Program-made: the position numbers and the translations under genes | Shown: positions 1-11,968 of the stretch, in pieces | How the letters are laid out: the number at the start of each line of letters is the position of its first letter | Position numbering within the stretch: the stretch's first letter is position 1 | Source of the DNA: Azolla caroliniana | Taxonomy: Eukaryota > Plantae > Polypodiophyta | DNA: 64,000 nucleotides | Direction: 5' to 3' | NCBI GenBank assembly: GCA_043228905.1 | Contig: JBHGNT010000013.1 | Span: 13,020,001 to 13,084,000, forward strand | The notes under the pieces: generated by a model | Database searches by the model: none | Told to the model about the DNA's origin: nothing | The model's input: only the letters and a program-made list of their open reading frames with translations

Positions 1-42
1 AGCATTCCCGGCGGCTCTAGAAAAGTGCAGCGAATGTGAGCT

Positions 43-627
43 TCACCTAAGGGAAGAGCCCCATGTATCCTTCACCTCGATTTTGCCAATTAGGAAAGCC
101 CATGAATCCAGCTCCGCACCATAAATAGGCCTCTGGGTCCCTCCTTTCCTATCTCCCATGTGTTTAGTCATGTTGAAATCACCTGCCATTACCCAAGCCT
201 CGACATTAGGTAATGTTGTCGCTAGCATCCTCCAAAAGATTGCTCTCTCGGGGGCTAAGTTAGGGGCATAAATGTTTAGCACCCCAATCTGTAGGCGATT
301 CCATTTCAGAAGCACGTATAAGGCCCGACCCTCCACCAGCGTGCCAGATGATGTTACTTCGTATCGGGCCTTATCGCTGATCGAGATGCAGACCCCTCCT
401 CTTCGGTGGATGTCACCCTGCGCAGCCGACCACCATGTGGTCCACCCACCCGACAAGGGGTTTACTAAGCTCTGAGTTCGCTCTTGCGAGAGGTGGTGTT
501 CCTGCAAAAGCAATATGTCAATATGGCCCCCTATATTAAGGGGATTCAACTCCTCCTGAAGTCTTCTACACTCTTGGTGTTGTCGGCCTCCACCAAGGCC
601 CTGTACATTCCACGTTAGGATCCTCAT
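43..627 (-). pseudogene. LINE ORF2 N-terminal APE-type endonuclease domain, interrupted by an in-frame TGA at 43-45
   Basis: Motifs TWNVQG, LLLQEHH, NIYAPN, MAGDFN; frame stays open after the stop to the window edge. Confidence 0.85.
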
Positions 628-2093
628 CCGAAAACGGTGACGTTGGTGCCCATGTTCGGGCCGATCCCCATGTCATGGGGCAAACTAACACCTGTTTCGG
701 GGGGTATGGTCTCCACTGCAGGCTGCAAATCCCCTACAAGATTCTCAGCCGATCGTTCCCGACCCGCTTCAAATAGATCCCGCGATACATTTGTGCTCCG
801 AAGCGGTGGCACAACTTGCACCCCTCTATCTAACAGAGTCGTCGCCAAACCAGGTGTTGGTCTTCCTATCTTACCCTTTTCTTTGTCCTTGAGCTTGCCC
901 GTCCGGATCCACGATTTCACTAATCTGAGGCCACTACCACATTCACGTTCCAACGGGAGGGGGGGCTGTGCCAACTTCTCTTCCGGGGTGGACGGTACAA
1001 GTTGGGGTTGCATCTCCATCGGGGTGGAGAACACGAGTTCGGGCTCCCGCGGGGGAAGGCGTGAGGAGTCGCACGGGGACAACATTGCTGCCAGCGCTGC
1101 TGGGTCGCCATCCCCTAACCCTTGAAGAAGTGTAAATCTGTTGGTAGCTCTCACCTGTAGGTCGGGTGCCTTGGCACTCCCGGAGAGGATCTTTACTCGT
1201 TTCAAGGGTTGCTCGTCCACGCTTGCTGGTGACAAGGTGGCAGGACTTCTTTCAAGGGGGTGGTCATGAAAAAGACCGGGAGAGGAGGCACCTAGGCCTC
1301 CAAGTTTCCCCTTCTTCTTAACGGGTAGCCAAGGAGCTTCTTCACCCTTGGTTGTCCCGACTTTGCCCGAGGGTCGTGGTCCCGAGCTTCCCTTTCCAAT
1401 CTTACGAGGACACTCCTTAGCTAGGTGTCCTGTCTGTTTGCAAATGAAACACTGCCCCGGGAGTCCCTCAAAAACCACTTTTACCACTGTGAGGCCTAAC
1501 TCCTCAGAGTAGAGTCTAATCCTTGATGGAAGTCCATGGAGGGAAGGCACCAAGATACGCAACTTGGACACCTCCGCGACTGTGTCTGCCATTGACGCTT
1601 TTTGAGGGCATATCATCCCTACTTGTTCGCCAAAAAGAGGGAGCAGATGGTACAAATGTGGAGGGAGGCCAGGAAATGTTGCGGTGATCACCCTAGGGTT
1701 GTTGAGTTTCCGTAACTCTTCGATCGGATTGAACCCTGGTGACCATGGTTGGAGCAACACCTTGCCGTACTTCAGTTCGAGTACCTTGAGCTCGACCAAT
1801 GGCTGCGCCAGCGAGTCATTACCTAATTCAATGTGGAAGAAGTTTTTCCCTAAACCCCTGACACTCTTGATTACCGGCATGTTCTCCAACACAGCCACCT
1901 GAAACATGTCCCGAACCATGCCCCGACTTGGTCTACCTGCCAGAAACCTACATACGAAGGAGGTACGCCGTAGGCGTTCGATTTCTTCCGCTAAGACACG
2001 GTTAGCCTTGGGGGACAGGGTAATGGCGAGATCTGATCCACCTTCTTCATCGAGCAAATTGGGCGCTGGTGGAAGCTCGATTCCTCCCATCAT
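624..2093 (-). CDS. LINE ORF1 (DUF4283/RRM-like region plus zinc knuckle)
   Basis: 489-aa open frame; LGKNFFHI, LQPWSPGFNP and CFICKQTGHLAKEC (CX2CX4HX4C); stop overlaps ORF2 start (ATGA). Confidence 0.85.
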   Translation of the reverse strand: MMGGIELPPAPNLLDEEGGSDLAITLSPKANRVLAEEIERLRRTSFVCRFLAGRPSRGMVRDMFQVAVLENMPVIKSVRGLGKNFFHIELGNDSLAQPLVELKVLELKYGKVLLQPWSPGFNPIEELRKLNNPRVITATFPGLPPHLYHLLPLFGEQVGMICPQKASMADTVAEVSKLRILVPSLHGLPSRIRLYSEELGLTVVKVVFEGLPGQCFICKQTGHLAKECPRKIGKGSSGPRPSGKVGTTKGEEAPWLPVKKKGKLGGLGASSPGLFHDHPLERSPATLSPASVDEQPLKRVKILSGSAKAPDLQVRATNRFTLLQGLGDGDPAALAAMLSPCDSSRLPPREPELVFSTPMEMQPQLVPSTPEEKLAQPPLPLERECGSGLRLVKSWIRTGKLKDKEKGKIGRPTPGLATTLLDRGVQVVPPLRSTNVSRDLFEAGRERSAENLVGDLQPAVETIPPETGVSLPHDMGIGPNMGTNVTVFG

Positions 2094-2147
2094 AGCGAGT
2101 TATGTGTCTTGCGAGCCTAGGTTGTATGTGTTGTTCTTCCCTTCCCC

Positions 2148-2445
2148 CTGGACAGCAATTGGCGTTGTGCTCCTCCTCTTACTCTGTTGGACAGCGCGCG
2201 TGTTCCTCAGTGTGCACCTACTCCTGCTCCTGCTCACCTTTTTCTACTGCTCCCACTCTGCGCTCTGCTGCGTTTGCTCCCGCCAACGCTCTGCTGCTTA
2301 TTACCTGCAGTTCTCCAGTGTGACAGCCTGGACAGCAGTTGGCGCCTCTTGCTCTGTTGGGCAGCGCGCGCGTTCCTCAGCGTGCACCTGCTCCTGCTCC
2401 TGCACGCCATGTCTACGCGCCCTGTTCCGCTGCGTTTGCTCCCGC
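2148..2445. repeat. Imperfect ~180-bp tandem duplication in LINE 5'UTR
   Basis: tggacagca.ttggcg...ctctgttgg.cagcgcgcg.gttcctcag.gtgcacct.ctcctgctcctgc occurs near 2148 and 2329. Confidence 0.7.
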
Positions 2446-2810
2446 CATCGCTTCCTGGCTTCCAGAATGAAGACTTATTATTTTCCTATTTTCTACCTTA
2501 TTAGCATGCTTAGATAAAAAATATTTCCAACATTTAATTACAACCAATACTTAAATATGTTATCCTAGATAGCTACATAGGATAATTAGGCCGAGTTGTT
2601 AAGCCGTTTGACTAGAAATGAAATGGGTTCCCCCTAGTAGGTTCGAGCTTGACATATGCTAAACAATAAATATCCCATATTAGGAAGAAGTGGTCAACAT
2701 AGAGACTAAACTAAATTTGTTAAAGCACATTTCTGAATACTAGATTCGTAGGTTCTAACGTTTATGTTTCGCTTATTATCAAGCATGAATACTAGACGCC
2801 AACTAAATAT

Positions 2811-2891
2811 GGCAATTTGGCTAAGTGGTTAAGGCGTTTGACTTTAAATCAAATGGATTCGCCCTCCTAGGTTCGAATCGTGCAGTTGTCG
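2811..2891 (+). pseudogene. tRNA-Ser-derived gene with TTA (ochre-suppressor) anticodon; probable pseudogene
   Basis: Anticodon arm TTTGA-CT TTA AA-TCAAA; A and B boxes present; T-stem CTAGG/CGTGC has two mismatches. Confidence 0.75.
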
Positions 2892-3191
2892 ACATTCTTC
2901 CGCTTAGGTGTTGAAACTGTTCACTAACATTGAGCATCTGTTCTTTAAACATTAAATATCCCATCTTAGGAATGACACTCACATAGAGGAAACATGACTT
3001 TTAATGTCCCATGTGTTAATATTAGGTTTCCCAAGGATTGGAGAAAGGGGCTAAATCGTATCGCTACCCAAAAAATAAAGACCTATAATTATCATGTTTT
3101 CTGCTTTATTAGCATGCTTAGATGGATAATATTTGCAAATTTTAATTACACCCAATACTAAAATATGTAACTATCATAGATAGCAAAATAG

Positions 3192-3272
3192 GAGAACCTA
3201 GTCGAGTGGTTAAGGTGTTTGACTTGAAATCAAATGGGTTCGCCCTCGGAGGTTTGAATCTTGCAGTTGTTG
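3192..3272 (+). pseudogene. tRNA-Ser(TGA) pseudogene
   Basis: Full length, with mismatches in acceptor, D and T arms (B box GTTTGAATC). Confidence 0.75.
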
Positions 3273-3514
3273 AGTTTCTTTAACTAACTTGTGCAAACTA
3301 TTTACTAACATTGAGCTTCTGTGCTTTAAACATTAAATATCCCAGTATTAATCAAATGTATGTGCACTAACATACTTGTGAACACTTAAATTGTATCGCT
3401 ATCCAAAGAATAAAGACTTATAATAGTCTTCATTTTTGCTCTACTAGCATGCTTAGATAGATAATATTTGTAACATTTAATTACAACAATACTAAAACAT
3501 GTAACTATTATAGA

Positions 3515-3595
3515 GACAACTTGGCCGAGTGGTTAAGGCGTTTGACTAGAAATCAAATGGGTTCGCCCTCGTAGGTTCGAATCCTGCAGTTGTCG
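3515..3595 (+). tRNA. tRNA-Ser(AGA), intact cloverleaf
   Basis: GACAACT/AGTTGTC acceptor, GCC/GGC D-stem, TTTGA/TCAAA with CTAGAAA loop, GGG-TTCG-CCC variable arm, GTAGG-TTCGAAT-CCTGC T arm, G discriminator, no encoded CCA. Confidence 0.93.
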
Positions 3596-4120
3596 AATTT
3601 GTTTCAGTTAGGTTATAGTATCTCCACCATTTTAGTGTGAACAATACTCAAATCGATTCATGAAAACTAGAAACAATTTTTTTGAGTGCTTATGGTGGTT
3701 GACTCTAAATCAAATATATGCTTCTCGGAGCTTGGTATCCTACATTTGTAGACTTTCTTTTAGAATCTTTGATTTTGGCGTCGTTGATTTACATCGTGTA
3801 TTGTCTGGCAAAGTAACACATATGACATTTTAGAGATGCGACATCTATGATGCATATTTGACCACTTAAGTCAAATGTGTCAATATTAACCCGACTCCAT
3901 ATTTTGAAAATTTCCTAATATAACCGAATGTTTTTGCATTAACATAACGCAAACTAAGAAAATCATTAGACGGATTGCCCAAAATATTAATAGTTGTACT
4001 ATTTCATGGTAGAAGCTAACCAAATATGGCAATTTGTTAAGGTGTTTGACTAGAAATGAAATGGGTTCCCCCTCATAGGTTCGAGCTTGACATATGCTGA
4101 ACAATAAATATCCCATCTTA

Positions 4121-4583
4121 GCAGGACTACTCCTTAGAACACTATAAAAGGAGGCGCAAGGCATTATTTCGAACCAAATTGGTTCAACGCCAGTCTTAAC
4201 CTCATAGCTATTTCCATCGACAATATCTAGACAAACCTGGTCCCCACTCAACGCTAACTCATAACACTCGTCGTTTTAAGGGGGGATAGTGTCATGATAT
4301 GGCAAAACACGAACCCATGACTTTATGTTATATGGATCAAGGTCTTGACCATTACACTATCTATTGTAATACGTAGGATATTATTTTCATTTAAGTTTTA
4401 CTATAGAAAATTAATGTATATTCCAGATTTCTCTAGAACATTCTAAAAGGTTCAGGACTACTCCTGAGAACACTATAAAAGGAGGCACAAGGCATTATTT
4501 CGAACCAAATTGGTTCAACGCCAGTCTTAAGCCTCATTGTTATTTTGTATTTACTCTTCACATAAAATATCGTCTGTTATCAT

Positions 4584-4635
<52 letters not shown>

Positions 4636-4710
4636 GTTATTATGACTGGATAAATACTCTTTTTGTTGTAAACCAATTGTCTCATGGGCCAATTTTGGCC
4701 TTAGAAGACG
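4121..4710 (+). mobile_element. Chromovirus-like gypsy family F remnant (LTR piece, chromodomain end, PPT, LTR from 4290)
   Basis: aaggggggatag then TGTCATGAT at 4290; matches 26820-26910 and 28785-29120. Confidence 0.7.
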
Positions 4711-5325
4711 TTAATATTTCTTTCTTTCTTTCTTTCTCTCTCTCCTTTTCTCTCTTCCTCTCTCGTGAGTCTTACGCAGTTAGTCCTCTTAGTACTAATA
4801 ATACTTCCCTTCTCTAGTATTGATTCTCTCTCTTTTTTAGTACTATTCCTTGCAGATAGTGATTTGTTTGTAGTTTGTGGACTCCACGTTGTTTTTCCCT
4901 TCTCGGGTTTTCCACTTTAAAATACATGCCTTTGTATTTTCTATTTTCGGTCTTCTGTTTTGTCTATACACTATCTCATTCAATTCTTTGCACTCGCATT
5001 CTTATACGACGAAACTGTTGAGAACGCGGTCATCTTGTGCGGAACAAATCAACACTCTCCAAAGGTGAGGATCATAAGTGGATGCAGGCAAGGTAGATTG
5101 ATGGCATCAGCAACAAAAACAGAGAAACAAGAATGCAAGAGACAGAGACGATTAGCCACAAGATGAACTATATTTCAACAACACTCAAAACTAGGTTACA
5201 AAGTTAATTTATGTACTGACTGACTTAGGGCAATTGCCCTTCTCACTGTTTACATAAATAGCGTAAACCTAGTGTGTACAAAAGGAGACAATGTGAATAC
5301 GTTCATTAGAGACCCGCATTCAACA
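4711..5325 (-). mobile_element. LTR remnants (minus-strand TG starts at 5325 and 5054, each after a purine tract)
   Basis: ttcaaCA-ctccccc at 5325 and tcaaCA-ctctcc at 5054; duplicated at ~29121-29745. Confidence 0.55.
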
Positions 5326-7632
5326 CTCCCCCGTAATAGGCGTATACATCGAAATTCTGTAAATCAAAATAAATGCACAATATAGATTGATACAAAAAAT
5401 TTGAACAAATCGAAATTTCGTTGGAGTTGGTGAACTTCAAAAAACTAAAGGCCGAACTGGCCGAGGTTGGGGAAGCTAAAGTCGAACTTCGAACCGTCGG
5501 AGTTGACTGGGGATTAGCATGTCATCCACGTAGATGGTGACGAAGATGAGTGACCCATCTCGAGCTATTTTTCTGAAGAGACAGTGGACCTCATCACTCT
5601 TCGAGCAGTCGACTCACTGAATGATATCATCGAACTTCTTATACCACTGTCATGGTGCCTATTTCAGGCTGTAAAGACTCTTCCTGAGTCGGTAGACTAG
5701 ATGTTCTTGGCCGGGGTGCGACGAAGCCTTTCGGTTGCTCCATATAAATTTCCTCCTCTAGATCACCGTGGAGGAATGTTGTTTTGACATTTAGTTGAAT
5801 CAGCACCAAATTCTTGGCTGCCACAACCCCAAACATAAAGCGGAGGGTTGTCCTTTTCACCACTAGTAAAAAAAAATTGTCGAAATCGACGACATATTTC
5901 TATTGAAACCCTTTCACAATTAATCTGGCCTTGAATTTTGGGGTGGCCGAATCAGACTTCTCTTTAATTCTATAGATCCATTTGCATGGAAAAGCACGTC
6001 GATTTTTCGGTAGTTCGACCAAGTCCCAAGTTTGGTTTGCTCGAATGGAGTTCATTTCGGACTCCATTGCCAGATGCCAGATGGTCGAATCAGCAGATGC
6101 TGATGCTTCTTTGTTTCTCCAACGTCCGTTCTCTGGGGGCTGCAACATTCTCTTGGATCTTCGAGTTATGACTGGACTAGTCGCATCGGGTGTCGTAGCC
6201 GGATGGTCCGAAACCGAAACATTCGATTGTCCCGAGTTGGATGTTGCCGAGTCGGTACAAGAGGTTTTGGCTACCTGTGAAGCCAACCTTGTGTTGTGTG
6301 TTGGGCCTTCATGAAGGCTTGGCACATCCGAAAAAATTACCCTTCGGACTTCGATCGGGTTTTCCGCCGATTGGTGCATGGCTAACTCATTGAACACTAC
6401 ATCCGAACTTCAGACAATTTTCTGTGCTGAGGGTCCCAGAGTCGGTAGCCAATTTCGCCATCTCCTCCATAATCAAGGAAAATACTTTTCCTGGACCTTG
6501 GTACAAGTTTGCGGCGATCATCTTTCAGGATAAGGGCATACGCCTCGCACTCGAAAATCCTCAGCTTATCATAATTTGGCTTACTGCCGGTCCATGATTC
6601 CAGACGAATCCGAAGACCTAGAGGCCTGCTCAGCGACATATTGATTATGTGAACTACCATAAGCAGTGCCTTTGCTCAGAACCCATCCGATAGTCCGGAG
6701 TGTTGGAGCATGGAAACTATCCTTTCTTGAATTGTCTGATTCATCCGCTCGGAAATTTTGTTCTGCTCCGGACACTGGGGTGCCATATATTCATGGCGTA
6801 TGCTGCGTTGTCGGCAACATCTAATAAATTCTTCAGATTTCCTCCATTGTCGGTCCAAAAGCATTTTAGTTTTCAGCCGTACTAATTTTCGACCATAACG
6901 AGCAAATCGGAAAAAATAGAGAACACTCGATCTTTAGTTTTAATTGTATAAGCCCAAACCTTCCAAGTCGAGTCATCAATAAAGCTAACGAAATACGAGG
7001 CACCACTGAGAGCCGGATGTAGCATTGGACCACAGACGTCTGAATGGACCGAATTGAGGGGACTTGATTCTCTCGGTGCTGATGTTGGATGTGATGCGGC
7101 TATCTGTTTGCTATACTGCCAATGCTCGCAAAACTCATGATTAGAGAAGGAGAGTTTAGGGATGTATACGACTCTAGATAAATGTGTAATACCGGCCTTA
7201 CTGAGGTGTCTGAGTCCATGCAAAAGTGATGACAGGGGAATGTCGACCAAGAACAAGTCACCCTCTCTGAGTGTGACATATAACAGGTACAACGAGTGTA
7301 GTTTTAGTCCTCGGGCAAACAGGTGGTTCCCCCTGTGGAGTGCCGTCTTCGTCTAATTGTCTGTCTGAGATCAAAGGTCTTGAGAACTCAGGTACATGTC
7401 TAACATTATGCAGTACCAATGTAGAGCCACCTTGAAGGTTGAGCTCTACTGTATCAATTCCAATTATTGCACATTGCTGCGAATTTCCGAATCGGAATCA
7501 ATCGGAATATCGGGTTGCCTATTGCTGAAATTGGGATCGATGAGGGGCACATGATATGAAGCAACCGAATCCAAGAGCCATGTACTCGATTCCTCTCTCG
7601 TAAGAAGAATTTATGATTCAACTGGGTTCTCA
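5326..7632 (-). mobile_element. Degenerate Ty1/copia family H internal region (pre-integrase, integrase, RT fragments)
   Basis: VHSDVCGP..YFVSFIDD, PEQNKISERMN, WHLAMESEMNS..TWDLVELP..CKWIYR, NVKTTFLHGDLEEEIYMEQP; frameshifts and deletions. Confidence 0.85.
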
Positions 7633-7634
7633 AT

Positions 7635-7666
<32 letters not shown>

Positions 7667-9285
7667 TTGTGATGAATGAATAGACACCTATTTATAGGTC
7701 CTTATGGAGTATTCTAGAATGTTCTAGAATATTCTAGATATTTATGATATTTAATATAATCATGGAATATCCTAGAATGTTCTAAAATATTCTAGAATAC
7801 TCTAAATATCTTGTAATAACTAATAATATATTTATTGTAACTATATACCATATATGTTATTATAATGGTTAAAGGCCTAACATATAGACCAAGATGTCTT
7901 GGGCTTGAATCCCAAAATGTATGTCTTCATGACATTATCCCCCCTTTTCGACAACAAGTTCCACGGGTCGGAAGACAAGATTTCGGACTTTGCTTATGGG
8001 GATATTTGTTGTGAAACACAGCAACCATTTCGGAAGCATTAGCAAGATTCTCAAGAGGTTCCTATGTTCGATCATTACGTGTATAACCTAACCAATCAAC
8101 CAAATAATACAGTTTGCTGCGAATGATCTTGGAATCAAGAATGGCAACAACTTCATATTTGAAGCCATTCGAAACTTTGATTGGAGGTGGGGGAGATGTA
8201 AGCCGACCTGCAATAGAGTTGGTCTTGTACGGCTCCAAAAGTAAAACATGGAAGACCGGGTGAAGATGCATATAAGGGGGCAGATCAAGGCAAAATGCCA
8301 CATCATTCATCTTACCAGATATCACATATGGGCTAAAAAGTTGATTATCCAATTTGCAGCAAGGTCGGCTGATTTTAATGTGACCTTGTAAAAGTCATAC
8401 TCGATCTCCCACTTGAAACGTACTCGATGAATCGCGTCGATGACGGTCGACAACCTTCTTTTCAGTGTTTTTAGCATCACATAAATGGTGCAAAAGGATA
8501 TCTTGAACTTCTTGTAGTCGGCTGAGCAGATCTTCAACAGTCGGGTTCGTCCGTAGTTCGGGAAGTTCAAGCTTAGTCGAGCGAGGATGGTACCCAATGT
8601 TTGCAAAAAATGGGGAATATCGCCTTGGGACGCAACAAGTAAAAGCAGATGCTTTATGTCGACGTTCATATATAGAACGTCAACCAGGAGAGACCACATT
8701 TGAAAGTTAGAAGCAAATCCTCTTGGGTCTTGACTGTCTACGACTAATGGCATTTCATGTTATAGACACACCCGGGGATTCAACTCTTCTGAACTCCATT
8801 CGGGAGCATATTGCGACTGATGAATTCGCCCAAGACATTCTGAACCATATTATCCTAGATTGTGCTTCTTGTTAACAATCTCAAAATCTTCGTCAAGACT
8901 ACAACCGGTTTAATTGGCATGATGGATTACTTTTTCGACAAAATCTCTTATATGTGCCTGATGGTCCTTCTCGACTCCAAGACTTGCAACAATGCCATGT
9001 CGCACCAATGGCTGGACATTTCGGCATCCACAAGACTTTCACATTAATTTCTCGAAGGTATTGGTGGCTAGGATTTCGCCATTTTGTTACGGAATATGTT
9101 CGTAATTGTGATACATGTTGCCGATCCAAAAGAACTCAACATCATCCATATGGCGTATTACAGCCAATGCCTATTCCTGAGAGTCCACGGAAATCTATTT
9201 CATTGGACTTCATTACGGATTAGCCCTTAGCCTACTCTTTGTAACCTTGTTTCCTTATAATCTAATCTCATTTCCATTTCAAGTC

Positions 9286-9334
<49 letters not shown>

Positions 9335-9360
9335 CTACTCACGAGTCACGATAGTTCTCC
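7633..9360. mobile_element. Chromovirus (Tcn1-like) family G composite remnant, copy 1: minus-strand LTR/chromodomain/INT tail joined to plus-strand RH-INT zinc finger and LTR piece
   Basis: HPVFHV..YEVVAILDSK..YYLVDWLGY on minus; CHVAPMAGHFG..RRYWW..CDTC..SISLDFITD on plus; PPT/LTR border at 7934. Confidence 0.8.
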
Positions 9361-10767
9361 AGATGTCGACATTCTTTTCCATTAAGAATAACTATTCCTT
9401 TATGCGTTTTTGGTTTGCTTATTATCAAGCTTAGATAGATAATATCTCCAACATTTTAATGTGGACAATACAAAAATTGATTCATAAAAACTAGAAACAA
9501 TTTTCCCGACTACTTATGGTGGTGGACTCAAAATCAAATGTTTGCTTCTCGGAGCTTGGAATCCTACATTTTTAGAATTTGTTTTAAAATCTTTGATGTT
9601 GTCGTCGTTGATTTAAATCGACCCATTGTGTGGCAAACCAATACATATCACAATTTACAGAGGCGACATCTATCATGAATATTTGACCGCTTAAGCCAAA
9701 TGTTTCAATATTAGCCTGACTCCATATTTTGAAATTTCCTAATATAACTGAATATTTTTGCATTAACATAACGCAAACTAAGAAAATCATTAGACGGATT
9801 GCCCAAAATATTAATAATTTTATTATCTCACGCTAGAAGCCAACCAAATATGGCAATTTGGTCGAGTTGTTAAGCTGTTTGACATGAAATCAAATGGGTT
9901 CGCCGTCGTAGGTTCGAATCCTATAGTTGTTGAGATTCTTTTACTATGTTTTGGAAACTATTTACAAGCATTGAGCTTTTGTGCTTTAAACATTAAATAT
10001 CCCAATAGTAATCTAAAGTATGTGCACTGACATAGTTGTGAAAACTTAAATCGTATCGCTACCCAAAGAATAAATACTCATTATTTTCCAATTTCCTACC
10101 TTATTAGCATGCTTAGATAGAAAATATTTCCAACATTTAATTACAACCAATACTAAAATATGTTATCGTAGATGGCTACGTAGGATAATTAAGCCGAGTT
10201 GTTAAGGCGTTTGAGTAGATATGAAATGTAATTGCAATAAGGTAGTAGTGAACACATAAAGAGTAGCATTACCTGAAGAATAACTACTCTTTCTGGCGTT
10301 TTTCTTTCGCTTATTATCAAACAAAGATAGTACATGCCAACAAAATATGGTAATTTAGGCGATTGGTTAAGGCGTTTGACTTGAAAGCAAATGGGTTCGC
10401 CCTCATAGGTTCGAATCCTGCAGTTGCCGACATTCTTCGCTTTAGGGGTTGAAATTGTTCACTAACATTGCATTCTTCTGTTTAGGTGTTTGAAACTGTT
10501 CACTAACATTGAGCTTCTATTCTTTAAACAGTAAATATCACATTTTAGGAACAAGACTCACAGAGGAAACATGACTTTTAATGTCCCCTGTGTCAATATT
10601 AGATTCCCAGGGATTGGAGAAAGGGGCTTAATCGTATCGCTACCCAAAAAATAAAGACTTATAATTGTCATGTTTTCTGCTTTATTAGCATGCTTAGATA
10701 GATAATATTTGCAACATATAATTCCAAATAATACCAAAATATGTAACTATCACTAATAGCAAAAAAG

Positions 10768-10848
10768 GACAACTTGGCCGAGTGGTTAAGGCGTTCGACT
10801 TGAAATCAAATGGGTTCGCCCTCGTAGGTTCGAATCCTGCAGTTGTCG
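10768..10848 (+). tRNA. tRNA-Ser(TGA), near intact
   Basis: Consensus except one C:A mismatch in anticodon stem; TTTT run just downstream. Confidence 0.8.
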
Positions 10849-11332
10849 ATATTCTTTTCCCTTCAGAATAACTACTCCTTCATGCGTTTTTGGTTTGCTT
10901 ATTATCAAGCTTAGATAGATAGTATCTCCAACATTTTAGTGTGCACAACACTCAAATCCATTCATGAAAACTAGAAACAATTTTCCCGACTACTTATTGT
11001 GGTTGATTCAAAATCAAATGTTTGCTTCTTGGAGCTTGGAATCCTACATTTGTAGACTTTCTTTTAGAATCTTTGATGTTGTCGTCGTTGATTTACATCA
11101 AGTCATTGTGTGGCAAACCAATACATATCCCAATTTAGAGAGGTGACATCTATCATGAATATTTAACCCCTAGAGCCAAATGTGTCAATATTAGCCCGAC
11201 TCCATATTTTGAAAATTTCCGAATATAACCGAATATTTTTGCATTAACATAACGCCAACTAAGATAATCATTACACGGATTGCCCAAAATATTAATAATT
11301 GTATTATTTCATGGTAGAAGCTAACCAAATAT

Positions 11333-11413
11333 GGCAATTTGGCCGAGTGGTTAAGGCGTTTGACTTGAAATCATATGGGTTCGCCCTTGTAGGTTCAAAT
11401 CTTGCAATTGTCG
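11333..11413 (+). pseudogene. tRNA-Ser(TGA), mildly degenerate
   Basis: Full length, perfect A box, T:T mismatch in anticodon stem, B box GTTCAAATC. Confidence 0.65.
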
Positions 11414-11887
11414 AGATTCTTTTACTATATTGTGGAAACTATTTACTAACATTGAGCTTTTGTGCTTTGAACATTAAATATCCCAATAGTATTTAAATGT
11501 ATGTTCACTAACATACTTGTCAACACTTAAATCATATTGCTACCCAAAGAATAAAGACTTATACTAGTCCTCTTCTCTGCTTTATTAGCATGCCTAGATA
11601 TATAATATTTTCTACATTTAATTACAACCAATACTAAAATATGTAACTATGACAAAGAGCAAAATAGGACAACTTGGCTGAGTGGTTAAGGCGTTTGACT
11701 AGAAATCCAATGCGTTCGATCGAATCCTACAGTTGTCGACTTTGTTTCAGTTAGTTGTTGACTACTTTCAATAACATCGAGATTTTGTGATGTGAACCAA
11801 TGCATCTTCCGTCTTAGCAATGTGACACGCACACAAGCATAACTTCTTAAGTCCCATGGAACAATTTTCGCAATATAAAGCTAGTAT

Positions 11888-11968
11888 GACAATTTGGCCG
11901 AGTGGTTAAGGAATTTGACTCGAAATCAAATGGGTTCTTCCTCGTAAATTCAAATATTGCAGTTGTCC
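11888..11968 (+). pseudogene. tRNA-Ser(CGA) pseudogene
   Basis: Loop CT CGA AA; T arm and B box decayed. Confidence 0.75.

Larger units (their letters stand above)
1..2465 (-). mobile_element. L1-type LINE retrotransposon, 5' part (5'UTR, ORF1, start of ORF2); continues beyond left edge
   Basis: ORF1 with CCHC knuckle followed by ORF2 starting MRILTWNVQGLGG with APE endonuclease motifs; GC-rich leader joins the AT-rich array spacer near 2465. Confidence 0.9.
2466..4120 (+). repeat. tRNA-Ser array block 1 (copies at ~2581 truncated, 2811, 3192, 3515, ~4028 truncated; ghost at 3672)
   Basis: Repeated 81-nt tRNA-Ser body separated by conserved AT-rich spacer modules. Confidence 0.9.
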
